NCBI GenBank assembly: GCA_033578775.1
Contig: JAVQWY010000014.1
Coordinates: 1 to 64,000 of the forward strand
Origin: Myxococcales bacterium
GTDB taxonomy: Bacteria > Myxococcota_A > Polyangia > Palsa-1104 > JAEUJZ01
Length of the DNA: 64,000 nt
Reading direction: 5' to 3'
Shown here: piece after piece, positions 59,231 to 64,000 of the stretch
How positions within the stretch are numbered: position 1 is the stretch's first letter
How the letters are laid out: each line of letters begins with the position of its first letter
Notes under the pieces: model-generated
The model's input: only the letters and a program-made list of their open reading frames with translations
Database searches by the model: none
What the model was told of the DNA's origin: nothing
Translations under genes and position numbers: made by a program

Positions 59231-61295
59231 CGACCCGGCGAGCGAGCAGGCCTGCGATCTGGCTGGCAGCCAGGCACAGCAGGGTCAGCAGCATGACCTC
59301 GCCGGTGTTGCCCTCCATGCGTCCGACCAGGAGCACGGGGGCAATCGTCACCCCGAGCACGGCCAGCAGTGTCTCCAGCCGTCCCGGCACGTGGTGCGGC
59401 TCGGCCGGCTCGCCAGCGGCCCGGCTGCACACCACCGCCCCGAGTGCGGCAGACAGCGTGATGAGCAAAAGGCCCAGCTGCCAGGTGGCCCGGAACACTG
59501 CCTCCTCCGCCAGCGCCTCCTCACCGCGGTGGGCCAGCACCGCATAGAGGACCTTCACATCGATTCCAGGGATCAGCACGGCCAGCAGCAGCAGCGACAG
59601 GTGCAGCGCCACCAGCCCACCGAGCAGCCAGCGCCAGCGGACCGGACGATCCCCTCGCCAGCGGGCCACTGCTCCCAGCAGCAGCACCACCGCCAGACAA
59701 CCACCGCCGAACGACTCGCCCAGCCGCTGGTACAGCCCTCCGGGCGGCAGCAGCGCTGCCTCCTCCAGCAGCGTGGTTGGCGCCACGCCCGGAGTGACCA
59801 CCGGATCCACCGAGGGGCCTGCTTGGTAGACGCGCCCCGTGGCATCGATGAAGGCGGACACGCCGGTGTTGACCGCACGCACCAGGTCCACGCGGTGCTC
59901 CACGGCGCGGAAGACGCTTAGCGCCAGATGCTCCCAGGGCTCTGAGGTGGCCCCGAACCAGGCGTCGTTGGTGATGTTGATGAGCAGGTTAGGCGGCGTC
60001 TGGGTATCAAACAGGCGCCGGGCGAAGGCTGGAATGATGTCCTCGTAGCAGATCATGGGGCCGATGCGGTAGGTCTGGCCCTGGTGCAGAAGGGGAAAGG
60101 TGGTGGTGGTGGTGCCGCGAGCGAAGTTCGACATCTCCGGCACCAACTCTCTGAGCCACCCCATGTGCTCGGCATAGGGGATGTACTCGCCGAAGATAAG
60201 CAGAAAGTTCTTGTCGAAGGTGCCGGTGATGCGGCCGTCCCGGTCCATCATGAGCGCCGTGTTGTAGGGCACGGGGCGCGGGCCGCTCACATCATAGGTG
60301 AGCGCACCAAAGAGCAGCGGCGTGGAGAAGCCACGGCGCACCCGCCGCGGGTCGTCCTCTGGGAAGTCCGCGACCACCGGGCGCCGCAACGGGAAGGGAT
60401 AGGAGGATTCCGGCCAGACAATCAGCTCTGCGCCGCGCTGCTCCAGGGCGGCTGACAGGCGCTGATGCACGGCAGCTTGCTCCTCGCGTAGCCCGGGCAC
60501 GAACTTCTCATGAATGCCGATGTTGGCCTGTACGACGCCGACGCGGATCTTCGGCGCGGCAGCGCGGGCACCCTGCACCTGCTGAATGCGCACCAGACCA
60601 TAGCCCAGGCACGCCAGGATCACCAGCACGGCCAGCCCTGGCGCACGCAGCGCGCGCCGCTCCGGCCAACCGCGGGCCCGCCACAGGGCGCAGCCCAGAT
60701 CGAACAGCGCGCCGTTGGCGAGCACCAGCAGGAAGCTGACCCCTAGAGGACCGGTGATGTCGGCAATCTGGATAACTGGCGGCACCCACGCCTGGGTGAT
60801 GGCCAGGTACCAGGGGAACACATAAGGCACGCACAGCTCGCAGGCCGTCCAGCACAGAGGCGCCAGCCACGTGACGGGGATGTTGAGATGGGTGCGCAGA
60901 CGGCACAGGGACCAGGCGAAGAAGCCAAAGGTGATCGCCTGGTAGGCGATGAGAAGGACGAAAATGGGCAGTGCAGCCACCAGCGGCATGTGCCCAAACC
61001 GCTGCAACAGACCCACAATCCAGTAAAATCCGCCGCCGTTGGCCAGCAGCCCGCAGAGCCAGCCCCACAGGAAGGCATGGCCACCTCGCGGCGACCCATC
61101 TCCGTCGAGGAGCACGGCCAGCAGAGGCACCATCCCGACCCAACACAGGGGCCAGATGTCAAAGTCCGCACAGGACAAAAACAGCAGGGTACCGGCTAGA
61201 GACGAGAGCGCGATTCGTCCGACCGGGTTGATAGCAAGCGCATGCAGGAGCCGCAGAGCGGCAGGAAGTGGGCGGACAGGTGGCTGGGATGGCAT
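59193..61295 (-). CDS. lnt: apolipoprotein N-acyltransferase with extended C-terminal membrane region
   Basis: Nitrilase-fold catalytic segment 'IGPMICYEDIIP'. 'VWPES', and an N-terminal polytopic membrane domain. The exact start is uncertain. Confidence 0.75.
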   Translation of the reverse strand: MPSQPPVRPLPAALRLLHALAINPVGRIALSSLAGTLLFLSCADFDIWPLCWVGMVPLLAVLLDGDGSPRGGHAFLWGWLCGLLANGGGFYWIVGLLQRFGHMPLVAALPIFVLLIAYQAITFGFFAWSLCRLRTHLNIPVTWLAPLCWTACELCVPYVFPWYLAITQAWVPPVIQIADITGPLGVSFLLVLANGALFDLGCALWRARGWPERRALRAPGLAVLVILACLGYGLVRIQQVQGARAAAPKIRVGVVQANIGIHEKFVPGLREEQAAVHQRLSAALEQRGAELIVWPESSYPFPLRRPVVADFPEDDPRRVRRGFSTPLLFGALTYDVSGPRPVPYNTALMMDRDGRITGTFDKNFLLIFGEYIPYAEHMGWLRELVPEMSNFARGTTTTTFPLLHQGQTYRIGPMICYEDIIPAFARRLFDTQTPPNLLINITNDAWFGATSEPWEHLALSVFRAVEHRVDLVRAVNTGVSAFIDATGRVYQAGPSVDPVVTPGVAPTTLLEEAALLPPGGLYQRLGESFGGGCLAVVLLLGAVARWRGDRPVRWRWLLGGLVALHLSLLLLAVLIPGIDVKVLYAVLAHRGEEALAEEAVFRATWQLGLLLITLSAALGAVVCSRAAGEPAEPHHVPGRLETLLAVLGVTIAPVLLVGRMEGNTGEVMLLTLLCLAASQIAGLLARRVARVRSRQTGAPR

Positions 61296-61419
61296 GCGGC
61301 AGCGGAATCCTACCTCCAGGTGGCTGGGACGGCATGGGGCAACGGAATCCTACCTCAAAGTGCCCTTGGGCCGCGCTGGATGGGCCCCTTGTCCCACCGA
61401 GCAGTATGATAGGTCAAGT

Positions 61420-62724
61420 ATGATGCGCCTTCCCTTCGCGCCGTGCATCCCGCTTCTGGTCCTGCTGCTCGGCGCTTGCCGCGAGCGAGCGCGCCCGGTC
61501 GAGGCGCCGCCGCAGCCCGCTTTCCCGCCTGATGCAGCGGTGGTGGTCTCTCTGGGAGAGCACGATACCCTGCAGGGGGCGCGACAGGGGCTTGCCGCTG
61601 CCCTCAAGCTGAGAGCAAACTTACCGCTCCCCTTCCCGCGGGTGGAGCGCCATGGAGATCTGTTCCGCGTGGTGGCGGCACGGGGCAAGTACGCCGCCCT
61701 GGAACCCCTGTTGGGGGAGCTAGGTAAGAGCGGAGGGGCGCACAGGGTGATTCCGGCCAGCCAGGCAGGAGGCGACGACGTGGTGCGGCTGGCAATCGTC
61801 TGCACAGAAGGTGCCGCGGCGCCCCTGTATGCTCCTGTTCTGCCTGAGTCGGGCCTTCCTGCCGAGATAGCGCGGCTGCCCCACGGGGAGGTGCTCGTCC
61901 CGCTAGAGGACGAGGGCGGACTGGAGGAGGATAGCCCGGAGGCGGAGCGGGGGTTTATCAAGGTGGTGGCTCCCCAGCAGGGCATGGTGCGCGGTCCGGA
62001 TGTCCTGCTGCCGGCCGATTGCACCCCACGCGACGAGGACAACGACGACGGCAACGGCCATCTGCTTGGCGGCGGTCGCCTGTGCCTAACCACGCGCTTT
62101 TCTGGCCGCGATGGCGATGTGGCTCGGGCAGCGCTGGTGGCGGTGGCGCCGAACTACCGGCGGTGCCATCGTTTCCCCGATGCCGGGACGTTTGATGGCT
62201 TCGATCAGCACCCGGCAGGCACACAGTTTGCCGTCGAAGCCATAGGCAGTGGCGGGGCCGGAGTCTCGGTCTACGACGTCTCTGCCGAGGGCGTGCTCAC
62301 CCTCCGCTTCCATGTGGTTGGCCTCACCAGACCAGTGTATCTGGGCGGCAACCTGGTCGCTGTTGAGGAGACTGCAGACCGCCAGGCGTTGGTGGTGATT
62401 GGACCCGAAGCGCTGCAAGGGCCAGGGTCCCCCACGCCGCGGCGCATCTTTTCCGTCGGGGCTGCCCAGTTCCATCCCGCGGTGCCGACCCACCGGCCAG
62501 CTGCGCCGACGCTGCAGGATGGGCGCGTGACGGCCGTATTCCACCAGGCGTGCAACCGGATCGAAGAACGGCGCGTGCGCAGCGTCGCCCGGGGCGACTT
62601 TGAGCAGTGCGTGCGGGAGATGGAGGTCGAGGTCGGCCTGGACGCCTCCGCTCCACAGACCCGCTGCCAGCTGAACAACTCGCCCAGTGGGCTCGACCAG
62701 CCTCTTCGCACCAGCTGCCCTTGA
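61420..62724 (+). CDS. hypothetical lipoprotein
   Basis: Lipobox 'LLLGAC'. No recognisable domain. Confidence 0.45.
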   Translation: MMRLPFAPCIPLLVLLLGACRERARPVEAPPQPAFPPDAAVVVSLGEHDTLQGARQGLAAALKLRANLPLPFPRVERHGDLFRVVAARGKYAALEPLLGELGKSGGAHRVIPASQAGGDDVVRLAIVCTEGAAAPLYAPVLPESGLPAEIARLPHGEVLVPLEDEGGLEEDSPEAERGFIKVVAPQQGMVRGPDVLLPADCTPRDEDNDDGNGHLLGGGRLCLTTRFSGRDGDVARAALVAVAPNYRRCHRFPDAGTFDGFDQHPAGTQFAVEAIGSGGAGVSVYDVSAEGVLTLRFHVVGLTRPVYLGGNLVAVEETADRQALVVIGPEALQGPGSPTPRRIFSVGAAQFHPAVPTHRPAAPTLQDGRVTAVFHQACNRIEERRVRSVARGDFEQCVREMEVEVGLDASAPQTRCQLNNSPSGLDQPLRTSCP

Positions 62725-62830
62725 TGGGGGCTCGGCGCCGAGCGTGCGCCCCTGTCCTTCAGGGTTCTTGGTCGCTGGCTTCTTGGCGGTGGTCTTGGCA
62801 GCTGCAGCGCCGAGCGTGCGCCTCTGTCCT

Positions 62831-64000
62831 TCAGGGGGCCGTCAGCACCAGCGCCACGGTGGCCCCGCCCTGGGCTAGCACCGGGATCAAGACCGATCTG
62901 ACCGTCGCGGCACGCGATTGTAGGCACAGGCCTGGTAGCGCAGCTTCGGCATCTGGTTCTTCGCAGCGTGCCGACCCCGGAATCCGCTGCCGTCGGAGCA
63001 CGTCGATTGCGACAGCCAGCCGCAGCGCTGGCGACATCATGCTCTCTCCTGTCTGCCCTAGGATCGAGGAAATGGGCACCGTCTCGGCCGCCGTCCCCAG
63101 GGCTGCCCGCAGCACCCGGCTCTCCACCAGCTCTAGGTCGGTACCGTTTCCGCCGCCCGCCACATAGTCGATGTCTCGAGCCGACAGCCCGGCCTGTCGC
63201 ATGGCCGTCTGCACCGCCGCGACTGCGCCCGCCACGGGTGGATCCTCTCCCGGCCGACGCCAGCCTACGCGCGGTCGGTCGTCGCCGCCTCGGCCTACGC
63301 CGGCCAGCCTTGCCAGCACCGTTGCGCCGCGAGCGCGCGCATCCTGTTCTCGTTCCAGTAGCAGCAGCACGGCCCCCTCGCCCAGGGCGGTGCCAGCGCG
63401 GCGACGGTCGTAGGGCCGCATGGGAACTCCTTCTGCGCCAAGGGCACCCAGGCGCGCATATCCGTGCGCCACCCACGGACCCAGCTCCTCGAATCCGCCC
63501 GCTAGGATGGCGTCAGCACGGCCGCGCAGGAGCTGGTCCCGAGCCGTGGCCACTGCCTCAACCGCTGACAGATCGCGGTGGTTTACCGTGATGTTGGGGC
63601 CCAGGAGCTGGAGCTCCATGGCCAGCATTGCTGCGCCCGTATTCATCACCGTGGTCGGGAACATGGTCGGCGAGGCGTTGTCTGGCCCGCCCACCAGGTG
63701 CCCCGAGGTAAACTCCATCACCTGATCCACCGAACCCAGGCCTGTCCCTAGAACCACACCGATGCGCTCGCCGCTGCAGTTGGGCAGGGCCCCCGCTGGC
63801 CCGAGCGGACCAGGTCCGAGGCCGAGAGCCTGACGACCAGCGACGATACAGAACTGCGCAATGCGCGGAATGCGTCTGAGCCGAGCTGGATCGATGGCAG
63901 CGCGCGCACCAAACTCCCCGACCCGCGCCACCTCGATGGGCCGTCCTTCCTGAGGCCCCTTGCCCCGGGGCACCCACCGCCCTATCTCTTTATCCTGTCG
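62831..64000 (-). CDS. beta-ketoacyl synthase-like protein lacking catalytic Cys/His (5' end beyond window)
   Basis: Thiolase-fold KAS architecture: '...MFPTTVMNTGAAMLAMELQLLGPNITVNH', with 'RD' where the 'TAC' active site belongs. 'GGGNGT' replaces 'AHGTST', and 'GQTGESM' replaces 'GHSLG'. The reading frame is open to the window edge. Confidence 0.6.
   Translation of the reverse strand, partial: RQDKEIGRWVPRGKGPQEGRPIEVARVGEFGARAAIDPARLRRIPRIAQFCIVAGRQALGLGPGPLGPAGALPNCSGERIGVVLGTGLGSVDQVMEFTSGHLVGGPDNASPTMFPTTVMNTGAAMLAMELQLLGPNITVNHRDLSAVEAVATARDQLLRGRADAILAGGFEELGPWVAHGYARLGALGAEGVPMRPYDRRRAGTALGEGAVLLLLEREQDARARGATVLARLAGVGRGGDDRPRVGWRRPGEDPPVAGAVAAVQTAMRQAGLSARDIDYVAGGGNGTDLELVESRVLRAALGTAAETVPISSILGQTGESMMSPALRLAVAIDVLRRQRIPGSARCEEPDAEAALPGLCLQSRAATVRSVLIPVLAQGGATVALVLTAP

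Overview
This is a very GC-rich, densely coding 64-kb chromosomal segment (about 70% GC by eye). It most likely comes from a member of the Myxococcota. The support is two proteins ending in MYXO-CTERM-type sorting tails (Cys-containing motif, hydrophobic helix, Arg cluster), many lipoproteins, thrombospondin-type-3 Ca-binding repeats, a type IV pilin and frequent ATGA/GTGA start-stop overlaps. Housekeeping genes present are lon, parA-parB, efp-epmA, lnt, ogt, panE, a Na+/solute symporter and a MoxR/DUF58 module. Interleaved with them are strikingly eukaryote-like genes. There is a full-length major vault protein (MVP) homologue heading a tight five-gene same-strand cluster. There is also a peroxisomal-type beta-oxidation pair: a multifunctional enzyme type 2 carrying three tandem SCP2 domains, followed by an SCPx-type thiolase. 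Further eukaryote-like genes are a collagen-triple-helix lipoprotein, an FHA-domain protein and a matrixin metalloprotease. Other notable content is an orphan sigma54-type pilin locus with repeat-bearing AT-rich upstream DNA, an operon of a Tat-exported DUF1501-like protein with two CxxCH-containing lipoproteins, several two-copy tandem repeats, a degraded region of about 1 kb, and a catalytic-Cys-less ketosynthase-like gene running off the 3' edge. No rRNA, tRNA, CRISPR or transposase was recognised. The strongest candidate for an undescribed system is the MVP-centred cluster together with its divergent translationally coupled secreted/outer-membrane operon.
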